Below, piece by piece: positions 24,231-36,860 of a stretch of DNA of 64,000 nt (its first letter is position 1; each line of letters starts with the position of its first letter). The DNA comes from Octopus vulgaris (lineage: Eukaryota), in the NCBI GenBank assembly GCA_951406725.2, contig OX597817.1:157232001-157296000 (forward strand), written 5' to 3'. The translations under genes and the position numbers were made by a program. A model generated the notes under the pieces. That model was given only the letters and a program-made list of their open reading frames with translations. It had not been told where the DNA came from and searched no databases.

Positions 24231-25029
24231 GTATGCATGGTTGTGTGGTTATGCAGTGCACACCCCTGCCAACTGTGTGATCTTGGGGTTTAGGCGTCTT
24301 GGGCATGTGTTTTCTGCTATAGCTTTGTGAGTGAATTTGGTAGAGAGAAACTGAAACAAGTCCATTGTACTTGTATATGTGTGTGTTTGTATTTCCCATT
24401 GTCTTCACATGTATTTGATATTTGTAAACAATAGCTTGCTTTTCACTGCTAAAATGGAAAACTAGACATGATGGTGCTTTCTGTATATGAACAACAAGTA
24501 ATCCTTTTGACTTGTTATCTTGAAAATACTATGTTCTAGTTTAATTTTTTTTTTATTAGGGTTTCCTTCATATCTGTGTATGAGACTTTTGTAGAGTGGA
24601 AGAATAAAGCTTCCAAAATTTTGTTTTTCAATTCCAGGTTGTCTCAGCCTCATTTCCAGGATAATGGGACGATATTAGCTTCTGCATTGCCTTTTTATAT
24701 GTATGTGTGTGTGTAAAATATTTAATCAGTAATCATTTATCATTATGGATTAAATATTTTATTCACTCTCAGATTTATCATTGAGTTCTTCATTCTAAAT
24801 GGCTGGACACAGCTTCTTTAGAAGAATGTTTTTCGTTGAACTAACTACTATGGATTAGTTCAACAAAATACATTGTTTTGCCTGTAGCTCACCTGGGTGT
24901 TGAATATGTTTTGTCAGATTAACAATTATGGATTAAATATTTTTATTCACTCTTAAACTTGTCTTGAATACTTTATTCTAAACTTGTCTTCAATACCTTA
25001 TTCTAAGTTCTTTTGAACTTGCCATCCTG

Positions 25030-25065
<36 letters not shown>

Positions 25066-25595
25066 TCATCATAATTTAATGTCTGCTTCCCATGCTGGCA
25101 TGGGTTGGACAGTTTGACAGAGGCTGGCTAGGCAGAAGACTGCACCAGGCTTCACTGTCTGTTTTGGAATGGTTTTTACATCTTGATGCCTTTCCTAACA
25201 CCAACCACCTCACAAAGTGGACTGAGTGCTTTTTTTTATGTGGCAATATATGGATTTCTATAATCTGGTGATAATCACAATAAAAGCTCCTTTAGTGAAC
25301 CTGGCTACAAACCACATAGTAAAAAAAATACAAAGGAGTGTCATGTAGAATCCTAGACACTTGAAATGCACTAGATCCAATCAAGGAAATTATTTCATGA
25401 GGTGTATATAGAACAAAGAAAGTTGCAACGATGGCTGTGAAATGGCCATCATGCTATGGATATCAATTGGTGAATATGTGTGTGTGTGTGTGGGCTTATG
25501 TGTTGAATAAGCATCCTACACCTTTTAGTTTTATTTTTCAAAAATTTCTTCAATAGTGGTGATTACAATATTCATCCCAAAACAAAACTTTCCAG

Positions 25596-25990
25596 AGTGG
25601 CTGTGTGGTAAGTAGCTTGCTAACCAACCACATGGTTCCGGGTTCAGTCCCACTGCGTGGCATATTGGGCAAGTGTCTTCTGCTATAGCCCCGGGCTGAC
25701 CAATGCCTTGTGAGTGGATTTGGTAGACGGAAACTGAAAGAAGCCTGTCATATATATGTATATATATATATATGTATGTGTGTCTGTGTTTGTTCCCCTA
25801 GCATTGCTTGACAACCAATGCTGGTTTGTTTACGTCCCTGTCACTTAGCGGTTTGGCAAAAAGCGACCAATAGAATAAGTACTGGGCTTACAAAAAGAAT
25901 AAGTCCCGGGGTCGAGTTGCTCGACTAAAGGCGGTGCTCCAGCATGGCCGCAGTCAAATGACTGAAACAAGTAAAAAGAGTTTAAAGAGT
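25596..25990 (+). mobile_element. SINE family B
   Basis: Near-identical to the 28862-29280 and 52980-53371 copies. Confidence 0.88.
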
Positions 25991-26334
25991 AAAATTGGTT
26001 TCACCCCAACACTTAGAAACTTTTTATTGTTAATTGTTTTTTTTTTAAATATTTTTTTCTTTTTTAATTCTGTGTTTAAGCATACAGAGATTACAATGTT
26101 GAAAAGAATTTTTTTTTTTAAATGCCCACACCTGCTCAATATTAATGTTCCAGAAGTTTTGAAACTCCATCTGTTCATTTGCTTGTGTGTTAATAACCTG
26201 TGAAAGATAAGCAGCAGATGACATGAAGATGGCTTTAATGTGGTCTTTGGCATGCAAGAAATAACAGCCAAATTTCTCTCAAATCATGCATCCTCCTCAA
26301 ATCTTTTAAAATAAAAGAAGACATTGGAGAATCT

Positions 26335-28025
26335 GAAGGGTTAGGGGTATAGTTAGAGGTAAAGACTGTGATTAGGGGTTAGGATTATGGTTAGAGCTGC
26401 AGTTAAAGGCTAGGATTATTGTTAGAGGTTAGGGCTGTGGTTAGAGATGAGGGCTGTGATTAGGGGTTAGGAATATGGTTAGAGTTTAGGATTATGGCTA
26501 GAGGTAAGGACTGCAGTTAGGAGTTAGGGTTATGGTTAGAGTTTAAGGTTGGGGTTAGGATTATGGTTAGAGGTAAAGGCTGTGATAAGGGGTTGGGATT
26601 ATGGTTAGATGTAAGGGCTGCAGCTAGGGTTTTGGTTAGAGGTAAAGGCAGTGATTTGGGGCTGGGGTTATGGTTAGAGGTAAGGACTGCAATTAAAGGT
26701 TGGGATTATGGTTAGAGGTAAGGGCTGCAGTTAGGGTTATGGTTAAAGGTAAATGCAATGATTATGAGCTGGGGTTATGGTTAGAGGCAAAGGCAGTGAT
26801 TAGGGGCTGGGATTATGGTTAGCGGTTAGGGCTGCAGTTAAGGACTAGAATTATTGTTAGAGGTTAGGGCTGTGATTAGGGGTTAGGAATATGGTTAGAG
26901 GTAAGGACTGCAGTTGGGGTTAGGATTATGGTTAGAGGTAAAGGCTGTGATAAGGGGTTGGGATTCTGGTTAGAGGTAAGATATGTGATAAGGGGTTGGA
27001 ATTATGGTTAGATGTAAGGGCTGCAGCTAGGGTTTTGGTTAGAGGTAAGGACTATGATAAGGGGTTAGATGTAAGGGCTGTAGTTAGTGTTATGTTTAGA
27101 GGGAAAGGCAACAATTAGCTAAGGGGTTAGGATTATGGTTAGATGTTAGGGCTGCAGTAAGGGTTATGGTTAGGGGTAAAGGTAACAATCAGGGGCTGGG
27201 ATTATGGTTAGATGTAAGGGCTGCGGCTAGGGTTATGGTTAGAGGTAAAGGCAGTGATTAGGGGCTGGGGTTATGGTTAGAGGTAAGGACTGCAATTAAG
27301 GGTTGGGATTATGGTTACTGGGCCTGATGCAGCCTTCTGGCTTCACAGATCCCAGTAGAACCGTCCAACCCATGCTAGCATGGAAAACGGACGCTAAACG
27401 ATGATGATGTAAGGCCTATGATAAGGGGGCGGGATTATGGTTAGAAGTAAGGGCTGCAGTTAGGGTTATGGTTAAAGGTAAATGCAATGATTAGGAGCTG
27501 GGGTTATGGTTAGAGGTAAAGGCAGTGATTAGGGGCTGGGAATATGGTTAGAGGTAAGGGCTGCAGTTAAGGGTTAAGATTATGGTTAGATGTAAGGACT
27601 GTGATAAGGGGTTGGGATTATGGTTTGATGTAAGGGCTGCAGTTAGGGTTATGGTTAGAGGTAAAGGCAGTGATTAGGAGCTGGGATTACGTTTAGAGAT
27701 AAGGGGCTGGAATTATGGTTAGCAGTTAGTGCTATGGTTAGCAATAAGGGGAGTGTTTAGGGATTAGGATTATGGTTAGAGGTAAGAACTGCAGTTAAGA
27801 GTTAGAATTGTTGGATGTAAGGGTTGTGATTAGGGGTTAAGAAAATGGCTAGAGGTAAGGATTGTAGTTAGGGGTTATAGTTAAAGATTGGAGCTGCTGT
27901 TAGGGGTTAGGGTTATGGGCAAGGTCTTTGGTTAGGGGTTAGGGTTGCAATTAGGGTTTAGGATTTTGGTTAGAGGTAAGGTCTTTTGGTTGGGAAGGTT
28001 AGGATTTAAGGCTAAGGATTAGAGT
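26335..28025 (+). repeat. Degenerate TTAGGG-like G-rich satellite (~1.7 kb)
   Basis: Recurrent ~30-37 bp units such as GGTTAGAGGTAAGGGCTGCAGTTAGGGTTAT and GGTTAGAGGTAAAGGCAGTGATTAGGGGCTGGGATTAT. Confidence 0.9.
27318..27408 (+). mobile_element. RTE 3'-end fragment inserted in the satellite
   Basis: CCGTCCAACCCATGCTAGCATGGAAAACGGACGCTAAACGATGATGAT interrupts the host sequence GGTTA|GATGTAAGG. Confidence 0.85.
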
Positions 28026-28489
28026 GTCATAATCTTCATAGTTTCCAATATAGAATTTCCCCCAAATTTTGTAAAACAGGTGTAATGTGATTAAATTAAA
28101 ATGTTCAAATTCTGTTCTATATTTGGTGGATGTGTGGGTGAGTGGAAAATGTAGAAATCTGAAGAAATTGTTTAAAGAAGAAACTGTAAAGGTGGGTGTG
28201 TGACATTTGAACAAGATTTTGCTGTTATTGCTTGTATGTTGACTGGCCACATTAAGGTTGGATAAATGTGGTTATTCTGAAAGCTGGGAGGGTGGAGGTA
28301 TAAATTTTAGAAAATTGATAATTTGTAAACAATTTTCTTTCAGAATCATAATCTCCATACTTTAAAGATTGAATTCAAAACAATTTTCAAAACCAGCTTA
28401 AAACCCCAAAATGTGGGGTGGGGCTGGGGATAAATTTTACATGCATATATTTACATAAATGTATGTATGTATGTATGTGTATATATATA

Positions 28490-28793
28490 TATCACATGAC
28501 CGACCAGGATATCAGATGTTGTTACACATCACTGGTCACAATGCACTTCGCATTGTTTTAGCCTTCTAATGACGCCACCCCGCTGGCTAAGCGAGCAGGC
28601 CAACAGAAGAAAGAGTGACAGAAAATTGCGGCGAAAGAGTACAGCAGGGATCGCCACCCCTTCCCTGCCGGAGCCTCGTGGAGCTTTTAGGTGTTTTCGC
28701 TCAACAAACACTCACAATGCCCGGTCTGGGAATCGAAACTGTGATCCTACGACCGCGAGTCTGCTGCCCTAACCACTGGGCCATTGTGCCTCC
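28490..28793 (-). mobile_element. SINE family C variant (alternative 3' tail)
   Basis: Family C head and body, diverging after TTTCTGTCACTCTT. Confidence 0.8.
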
Positions 28794-28804
28794 AAAGTGC
28801 TCCA

Positions 28805-28861
<57 letters not shown>

Positions 28862-28862
<1 letters not shown>

Positions 28863-29078
28863 TCTTTCTCTTTTACTCTTTTACTTGTTTCAGTCATTTG
28901 ACTGCGGCCATGCTGGAGCACCGCCTTTAGTCGAGCAAATCGACCCCGGGACTTATTCTTTGTAAGCCCAGTACTTATTCTATCGGTCTCTTTTGCCGAA
29001 CCGCTAAGTGACGGGAACGTAAACACACACCAACATCGGTTGTCAAGCAATGCTAGGGGGACAAACACAGACACACAA

Positions 29079-29111
<33 letters not shown>

Positions 29112-29280
29112 CATATATACGACAGGCTTCTTTCAGTTTCTGTCTACCAAATCCACTCACAAGGCATTGGTCGGCCCGGGGCTATAGCAGAAGACACTTG
29201 CCCAAGATGCCACGCAGTGGGATTGAACCCAGAACCATGTGGTTGGTTAGCAAGCTACTTACCACACAGCCACTCCTGCG
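28862..29280 (-). mobile_element. SINE family B
   Basis: Full-length copy in inverted orientation. Confidence 0.88.
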
Positions 29281-29539
29281 TCTATGCATATTTACATGGA
29301 ATCCTCACTACTGCCAGAGGCATGAGGAAAGCATCCAGTACACCCTGTAAAGTGTTTGGTGTTAAGAAGGGCATCCATAGAAAACATGCCAAATCTGATA
29401 CTGGAGCTTGACATAGCCTTGCAGCTTGCCAGATTCTGTCAACCCATGCCAGTATGGAAAATGGACATTAAATGATAACGATTATAAAGACGTGTGTGTG
29501 TGTATTGACAACTATACCTTTTTTCTTAATGCTGCCTTA

Positions 29540-30080
29540 GTACCTTGAGAGAAATGTTGTACCTAAGAAGCATCAGTTGTGGTGTGCAAGAAAGACGATT
29601 GCGCTGGTATGGTCATGTGGCGAGAATGGATGAAGATAGGTGTGTGAAAAAGTGCCAATCCCTAGCAGTTGAGGGAACCCGTGGAAGAGGTAGTCCCAGG
29701 AAAACCTGGGACGAGGTGGTGAAGCACGACCTTCGAACTTTAGGCCTCACTGAGGAAATGACCAGCGACCGAGACCTTTGGAAATATGCTGTACGTGAGA
29801 AGACCAGGCAGGACAAGTGAGCCCAGCCCACTTATGCATGCCTTTCCTCCCTTGGACACAAAGACCTGTTGAGGCACCAGCCTCGCCTGGCACCTGTGCG
29901 GGTGGCACGTAAAAAGCACTCACTACACTCACGGAGTGGTTGGCGTTAGGAAGGGCATCCAGCTGTAGAAACACTGCCAGATCAGACTGGAGCCTGGTGC
30001 AGCCTCCTGGCTTCCCAGACCCTGGTCGAACCGTCCAACCCATGCTAGCATGGAGAACGGATGTTAAACGATGATGATGA
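29540..30080 (+). mobile_element. 5'-truncated RTE-clade LINE (ORF C-terminus + 3' UTR + (GAT)n tail)
   Basis: RRLRWYGHVARMDEDRCVKK...GRGSPRKTWDEVVKHDL...DRDLWK is a typical RTE ORF end. It is followed by the UTR that recurs many times in the window. Confidence 0.92.
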
Positions 30081-30543
30081 TATAAATAACTTCCTAACCA
30101 TATTGTTTGAGTTCGAGCATGTTTGTGTAGTTAAGAAGCTTAATTCCTAACCACATGGTTTTGGGTTCAGTCACATTGCATGGCACTTTGAGCAAGTGTC
30201 TTCTAGAACAGCAATTCCCAATATTTTTGCACTCGCGATTCTTTACCCAAAAGCTTGAAACCCATGTGACACGCTACCATCAGCAGAGCATAAAAAGTGT
30301 AATTGATGAGTTGAAATTAATATTATTCCAAGCCACATCTAGCAAGGCTACACGGCCCAATGCTAAGGCTTTGTGACTCCCCCACCTCCAGGGACCAGGA
30401 ATCACTAGTTGGGAACCTCTGTACCAGAGCCTTCTGAACGGATTTGGTTGATGGAACCTGATAGAAGCTTGTTTGTGTGTATACTTATTCAAATTATGTG
30501 TTAGAAGCAGCTCAATAATGCAAACATTGCCGCTGTCACATAC

Positions 30544-31100
30544 TTAACCCTTTTGTTACTGTATTTATTTTGAAATGCTCTCTATTTTTTTCAATTAATC
30601 TTTATATATAAAAGTGAAGTTGTGTGTCTGTCTCCTACGATTTAGATTCCTAACTACTCCCACATTTTGCGGTGCAGTTTAACCAAAACCAGGTATCTTA
30701 TAATCGTGATTCATATCGAGCCCTTCTGGGTATTAGCATGAGTCTACGATTTAAAAAAAAATTTAACATCATTTTTTCCATTTTAATGCATTTTTTTTGC
30801 TATTATATAAGGGAAGTAACTCTCTAAAAATGTCTACGATGAGTCAACGATTTAAAAAAAAAATTACCATCATTTTTTATTCCATTTTTAATGCATTTTT
30901 TGATATTTTTTGGCTATAACTCTCTAAAAATGCTTATATAGTTATTTCCCTTACAAACCCGAGCAACGCCAGGCGATACTGCTAGTTTTAAATATAACAA
31001 AGAATTTGGTGGAAGATTTTAATTTAAAACTTATGAAAACAAGACATTTGTACTACAGAGTCAGATGTGGTTTCAGCCAGGTTGGTAATGAAAGGGTTAA
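30544..31100 (+). mobile_element. piggyBac-type MITE family 1 interrupted by a Helitron
   Basis: TTAA-CCCTT and AAAGGG-TTAA ends. Host sequence CAATTAA|TTTTAAAT is split. Confidence 0.85.
30599..30985 (+). mobile_element. Non-autonomous Helitron
   Basis: A|TCTTTATATAT...CCCGAGCAACGCCAGGCGATACTGCTAG|T, inserted at AT without a TSD. Confidence 0.9.
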
Positions 31101-31156
31101 TGTACACGTGTTGTTAAACTCCAAGAGCTGCAGTCTTTTGTCTGGAAAAGATTCCT

Positions 31157-31464
31157 TTAACCCTTTCATTACCATATTTCTTTTGAGGTGATCTGTGTTT
31201 CTTTCAATTAATTCTAAATATAACAAAGAATTTAGTAAAATAACTTAGTTATCATTAAATTAGTGTTAGAAACATAAATTATGTCTAAGGTTTGGTGGAA
31301 GATTTTAATTTAGTAAAATAACTTAGTTATCATTTAGCTAGTGTTAGGAACATAAATTGTGACTAAGGTTTGGGGGAAGATTTTAATTCGGAACTTATGA
31401 AAACGAAACATTTGTACTACAGAGCCAGAGGTGGTTTCAGCTGGGTTGGTATCGAAAGAGTTAA
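31157..31464 (+). mobile_element. piggyBac-type MITE family 1 with internal duplication
   Basis: TTAA ends. The TTTAGTAAAATAACTTAG...GAAGATTTTAAT block is present twice. Confidence 0.85.
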
Positions 31465-31881
31465 AGGCTTATAGTTGTAAAAGACAGTTTGTTTCAAAGC
31501 TAGGCAAAATGAAATCACCCTGGAAGAGGATGGAAGTGGCAGAAACTGGTATTTCACAACATCTAGCTGCTTATCAATCCCATGTACTTGTCTTGCTTCT
31601 GAAATAAAATCAATAATACTTGATACAGTCCTGTAGTTCATTGGTTTCTGTCAAACTGTCCAACCCATGCCAGCATAGAAGACAAACATTAAATGCAATG
31701 CTAATGATAATGATCATATGTATGTGTAAGTGTGTCAGGACAAAACTTCGAAGTCACTGGCAACAATATTCTTGTATAAAAATAATAAATTTGTAATCTG
31801 CAAAACTATAGAGTAATTTATCAGATGAATGTAAAATTGTTTTTATTATAAATATTAATATATATATATATATCACAACCT

Positions 31882-31925
31882 GGGACCTTGAAGACTGCTT
31901 AAATGCAAGAAAGTATACTAGTCCC
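31882..31925 (+). ncRNA. Minimal hammerhead ribozyme motif (Penelope type)
   Basis: GGGAC-CTTGAAGA-CTGC-TTAAAT-GCAA-GAAA-G-TATA-C-TA-GTCCC: perfect 5-bp stem I, palindromic stem III loop, one extra T in the core. Confidence 0.6.
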
Positions 31926-32570
31926 TTAATATTTGATATTCAATATTTCATCTATTCAATAAGACAATCAATACTTCATTTCATTTTACTATATATACTA
32001 TATATTCTATATTCTACATTAATATTATAAAGAATGCAAATAAAATATAAAAAACAGACAGTTGGAATTCCTTTGAATAATATATATATTGTGTGTGTGT
32101 GTATTTATCATTGTTTTAATCTCCTGTTTTCCATGCTTGCATTGGTCAGACAAGAATGTAGAGCCTTTTTTTTTATGGCTGTATATTCTCCCTTATTCCA
32201 ACCCTCACCTTTTTCAAAGTAAGGTAATAATCTCTCCTGTCTATCCAACCTATCCAACAATGAACAGCACAAACATTGTTGTGCAGGGAACTGGAAAGAA
32301 ACGACATTTGAATGAACCTTTTGTTTACAGTCAGCAACCATGCATGAAAATGAGGTGATGTACAAATCCACTCACACAAACGCACACATATATATGCTTG
32401 CATATATATATATATACCTGCATGTATATTAACATAAAGGCTGGAAAAATTGGTATATTTTTAATTTCATGTTACATGTGTTTCATTACAGTATAGGAAA
32501 TACATTATGAATATAAACATTAATAATATGAATAGAAATACCAATAATCATAATATGAATTCATAACAGG

Positions 32571-32938
32571 TTAAAAAGCACCATCCGAAAGTGGCCGATG
32601 CCAGCGCCACTCCGACTGGCTTCTGTGCCGGTGGCACATAAAAAGCACCATCCGAATGTTGCCAGCGCCGCCTTGGCTGGCTTCTGTGCCGCTGGCATGT
32701 TAAAAGCTCCAACCGATCGTGGCCGATGCCGGACCCCCCCCCCCCGGCATCTGTGCAGGTGGCACGTAAAAAGCACCCACTACACTCGCAGAGTTGTTGG
32801 CGTTAGGAAGGACATCTAGCCATAGAAACTCTGCCAGATCAGACTGGAGCCTGGAGCAGCCCCTGGCTTACCAGACCTCGGTTGAACCGTCCAACCCGTG
32901 CTAGCGCGGAAAACGGACGTTAAACGATGATGATGATG
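32571..32938 (+). mobile_element. RTE 3' UTR with internal ~60-65 bp tandem units
   Basis: AAAAAGCACCATCCGAA..GCCAGCGCC..GGCTTCTGTGCC is repeated, followed by a (GAT)n tail. Confidence 0.85.
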
Positions 32939-33533
32939 TATATGCATGTAGAAAATGTGTATGAGAACTTTTATCTGTAATTTCTCAGATGAAAATTTAA
33001 AAATTATATTATTCACCAGAACTTTTAACTAGTTTTTATGCATCATTTGATTCCCAAAGTGGAAGTACTGCCCCCAAGGGAAAGATCCAGAGAGATGTTG
33101 AAGAAAAGTGGGATGTTAATGTGGTGGCCAAAATGGGGTGATAGATGTAAGAAAGAAAAAATATTAATAGGTTAATTAGGTTTTATCTGTGAAATACAGT
33201 TGTTTTGAATTTGCTGCAGAAAGTGGTTTATATTTGTGGTGGGAAGTGTGAGGGAGTGCTAGGAATGTGGCCTGGGTGCCAAGGGGGTGGCAGCTTGAAA
33301 AAGTTTGGGAATGACTGATTTAAATAAAACATCTATTTACATATTTTTGATAGATGGAATACACAGTATTGCTGATGAACTTCACAAGGACACAGCTTGG
33401 ATTATAATTCCTTCTATACCTGCATGTATATATATTTAAAGGGTAAAGAGGCCCTTCAGTCATGAATGACCATGAGATTGCACCAAGGAAGTTACCCTCT
33501 GACACACAAGTCCAGGGAAGGTTGTTTTTGGAA

Positions 33534-33764
33534 GGCGGCGAGCTGGCAGAATCGTTAGCACTCCAGGCGAAATGCTTAGCAGTATTTCGTCTGCCACTAC
33601 GTTCTGAGTTCAAATTCTGCCAAAGTCGACTTTGCCTTTCATCCTTTCGGTGTTGATTAAATAAGTACCAGTTACGCACTGGGGTCGATATAATTGACTT
33701 AATCCATTTGTCTGTCCTTGTTTGTCCTTTCTGTGTTTAGCCCCTTGTGGGCAGTAAAGAAATA
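33534..33764 (+). mobile_element. SINE family A nested in an older repeat
   Basis: TSD AGGTTGTTTTTGGAAG on both sides. Confidence 0.88.
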
Positions 33765-34051
33765 GGTTGTTTTTGGAAGACCAGCAGTCGTCCATGTATA
33801 CCAGCCTCCGTGCCAATAATGTTATCCAAGGGAAAGCCAAAGGCCAATATGGCTTGGCACTAGTGACATTGCTACTCATTTCTACAGATGAGTGAATTGG
33901 AGCAACATGAAATAAAGTATCTTCCTCAAGAACAGAACACACAACCCGGTGAGGGAATTGAATTCACTACCTCATGATTGTGAGCCCGATGGTCAAGCCA
34001 CTGAACCATGTGCCTTCACACACACACACACATGCACGTACATGTGTACAT

Positions 34052-34440
34052 GGATGGAAGCACTCCATTGGTAACGACGGCGAGAGTTCCGGTTGATCCG
34101 AATCAACGGAACAGCCTGCTCGTGAAATTAACGTGTAAGTGGCTGAGCACTCCACAGACACGTGTACCGTTAACGTAGTTCTCGGGGATATTCAGCGTGA
34201 CACAGAGAGTGTCAAGGCCGGCCCTTTGAAATATAGGTACAACAGAAACAGGAAGTAAGAGTGAGAGAAAGTTGTGGTGAAAGAGTACAGCAGGGATCAC
34301 CACCATCCCCTGCCGGAGCCTCGTGGAGCTTTTAGGTGTTTTCGCTCAATAAACACTCACAATGCCCGGACTGGGAATCGAAACTGCGATCATATGACCG
34401 CGAGTCCGCTGCCCTAACCACTGGGCCATTGCGCCTCCAC
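34052..34440 (-). mobile_element. SINE family C
   Basis: TSD TACATGTGTACAT (34039-34051 and 34441-34453). Confidence 0.9.
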
Positions 34441-34685
34441 TACATGTGTACATACAGTGGGACTGAACCTATAACATAATCCTGAAGCCATGTCTGCATC
34501 GAATTGTGAGAATCCAAGATATTCTGAATTCTCACAACCTTGCAGCTGTTATGATGAGCAGTTATGTGTAACAGCTTGTGGAGTTTTTTTTTTCCTGCTT
34601 CAACGAAATACTATTTTATTTTACCTTTGGTATTCAAGTACTATGTTTCTTGTTTTGCTCCTAATGTGCTCACATGTATATATAG

Positions 34686-35053
34686 AATGGCTGTGTGGTA
34701 AGTAGCTTGCTTGCCAACCTCATGGTTCCAGGTTCAGTCCCACTGCGTGGCACCTTGGGCAAGTGTCATCTACTATAGCCTCGGGTCGAACAAAGCCTTC
34801 TGAGTGGATTTGGTAGATGGAAACTGAAAGAAGCCCATCGTATATATGGGTGTTTGTGTTTGTCCCCCCAACATCGCTTGACATCCGATACTGGTGTGTT
34901 TACATCACCTTAACTTAGTGGTTCGGCAAAAGAGACTGATAGAATAAGTACTAGGTTTACAAAGAATAAGTCCTGGGGGCGATTTGCTTGACTAAAGGTG
35001 GTACTCCAGCATGGGTGCAGTCAAATGACTGAAACAAGTAAAAGAGAGTAAAG

Positions 35054-35054
<1 letters not shown>
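34686..35054 (+). mobile_element. SINE family B
   Basis: Family head and tail motifs. Confidence 0.85.
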
Positions 35055-35103
<49 letters not shown>

Positions 35104-35243
35104 CATCATCGTTTAATGTCCGTTTTCCATGCTAGCATGGGTTGGACGGTTCAACTGGGGTCTGGGGAGCCAGTAGGCTGCGCCAGGACTGTTTTCAATC
35201 ACTTTGGGCAAGTTGTCTTGTGTGCTCTGAGACATTCTGTGCT

Positions 35244-35471
35244 CTGACCCTTTAGTATTTAAACCAGCCAAATCAAGCCCAAATTTTCAATTAATTCTAT
35301 GTTGAAACTGGCCAGTTCTGGACTCTCACTCCTACCTTACAATGTCATTCTAAAAATATACAATCACATTATCAAAATTTCAAAGCTATGAGATAATGCT
35401 TGATTAATTCAAAATATTGAGGATAAATAAGCATTACATTTGACAGAGTAATCTGAATGCTAAAGGGTTAA
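35244..35471 (-). mobile_element. piggyBac-type MITE family 2
   Basis: CCCTTTAG...CTAAAGGG-TTAA; reverse-orientation copy of the 23568 family. Confidence 0.75.
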
Positions 35472-35961
35472 CAGTTGGTGTCATGCAGGGAGCTTTTCCT
35501 GACATTGTAGGGTAGGTGTGTGAGGCTGAATCTGGCCAGATTGACCATAAAACAGGTAGAATATTTGGGTCAGATATAGTCAGTTTTAATACTCAAAGGG
35601 TTAATTGGTTAAATCTCTAACCAACTGGTGAGTAATAATAAAAGAAGTGAAATAGAACCAGTGTATGTGTTTATTATTGGCATAATGGTGCTCCCAAGAT
35701 ACAACAACATGATATTTTTGTAGTAAGAAATAACAGCTTTTCATTTTCAAGTCCCATAAAAGTGAAAGTATTCACCTTGTAAAATGTTTTCTTGATTGAA
35801 ATCTTACTGTATTTTTATAAAGTAAATATTTTTAGGGATTGTATAAAAAAAAAAAAAGATATTTTGTGTATTGTAGAAGTATAATAAATTTATTGCACAA
35901 AAATTTTAACTATAAAATCTTATATTGAACCCTAAGGGCCATATGGAGCCTGGTTGAGAAC

Positions 35962-36355
35962 TTTTCTTCTTAATCCTTTTTTCCCCTTGTGGAGCATAGG
36001 GCCTCAACAGTTGTTTTCCATTTCTTGCGGTCATTGGTGTGTTTCTTGGCTGCTTCCCATGTCAGGCCAGTGGTCCTGAACTCATCCAAAATGCTCTGCT
36101 TCCATGTCTGCTTCGGGCGTCCTCGCTTCGTTTTCCCCTGCAGGTTCCAGTCAAGTGCTTGTCATGTCACATTTGAGGCTTCTTTCCGCAATGTGTGTCC
36201 AATCCATCTCCATTTCCTTCGTCTAATCTGAACATGTATGGGCTCCTGGTTGGCCCTTTCCCACAGGTCGGTGTTTGGCACTCTGTCGAACCATTTCAGA
36301 TGGAGGATCTGTCGGAGACATTTGTTGATGAAGGTCTGGATCTTCTTGTAGTTGC
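35962..36355 (-). mobile_element. 5'-truncated RTE LINE, second family
   Basis: KIQTFINKCLRQILHLKWFDRVPNTDLW...RRKWRWIGHTLRK...*QALDWNLQGKTKRGRPKQTW, an RTE ORF C-terminus with an in-frame stop. Confidence 0.9.
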
Positions 36356-36632
36356 TGCAGGTGGCACAGATTTTATGTCTGAATGGTTGAGAACTACTGT
36401 TTGCTAATTTACTTTCATTTCTTAATAGATGTTTCCTTTTTCTAAGAAAAACACTTGCTTTGTGGCCTAGAAACCAGCAGCTTTCAACAAAGTAAATACT
36501 TTCACTTTCATAGAGCACTTGAAATGAAGTAGCATAGAGACGTAACCACGTGGTTATGAAGTGACATTCTTCAGCACTCCCAACTATGTCTCTGTTGATA
36601 TTAATATATATTTAGTATAAACTATATGTACA

Positions 36633-36860
36633 TTAACCCTTTTGTTACTGTATTTATTTTGAGATGCTCAGTGTTTCTTTCAATTACTTTAAATATAACA
36701 AAGAATTTAATAAAATAACTTAGTTATCATTTAGCTAGTGTTAGGAACATAAATTGTGACTAAGGTTTGGTGGAAGATTTTAATTCCAAACTTATGAAAA
36801 CAAGACATTTGTACTCAGAGCCAGAGCCGGTTTCAGCTGGGTTGGTAACGAAAGGGTTAA
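36633..36860 (+). mobile_element. piggyBac-type MITE family 1
   Basis: TTAACCCTTTTGTTAC...GTAACGAAAGGGTTAA. Confidence 0.9.

Noticed and set aside
28615-29411. Recurrent ORFs such as EDTCPRCHAVGLNPEPCG and CTRLQSDLAVFLQLDALPNANH
   Set aside because: Translations of SINE and RTE-UTR copies repeated across the window, not genes.
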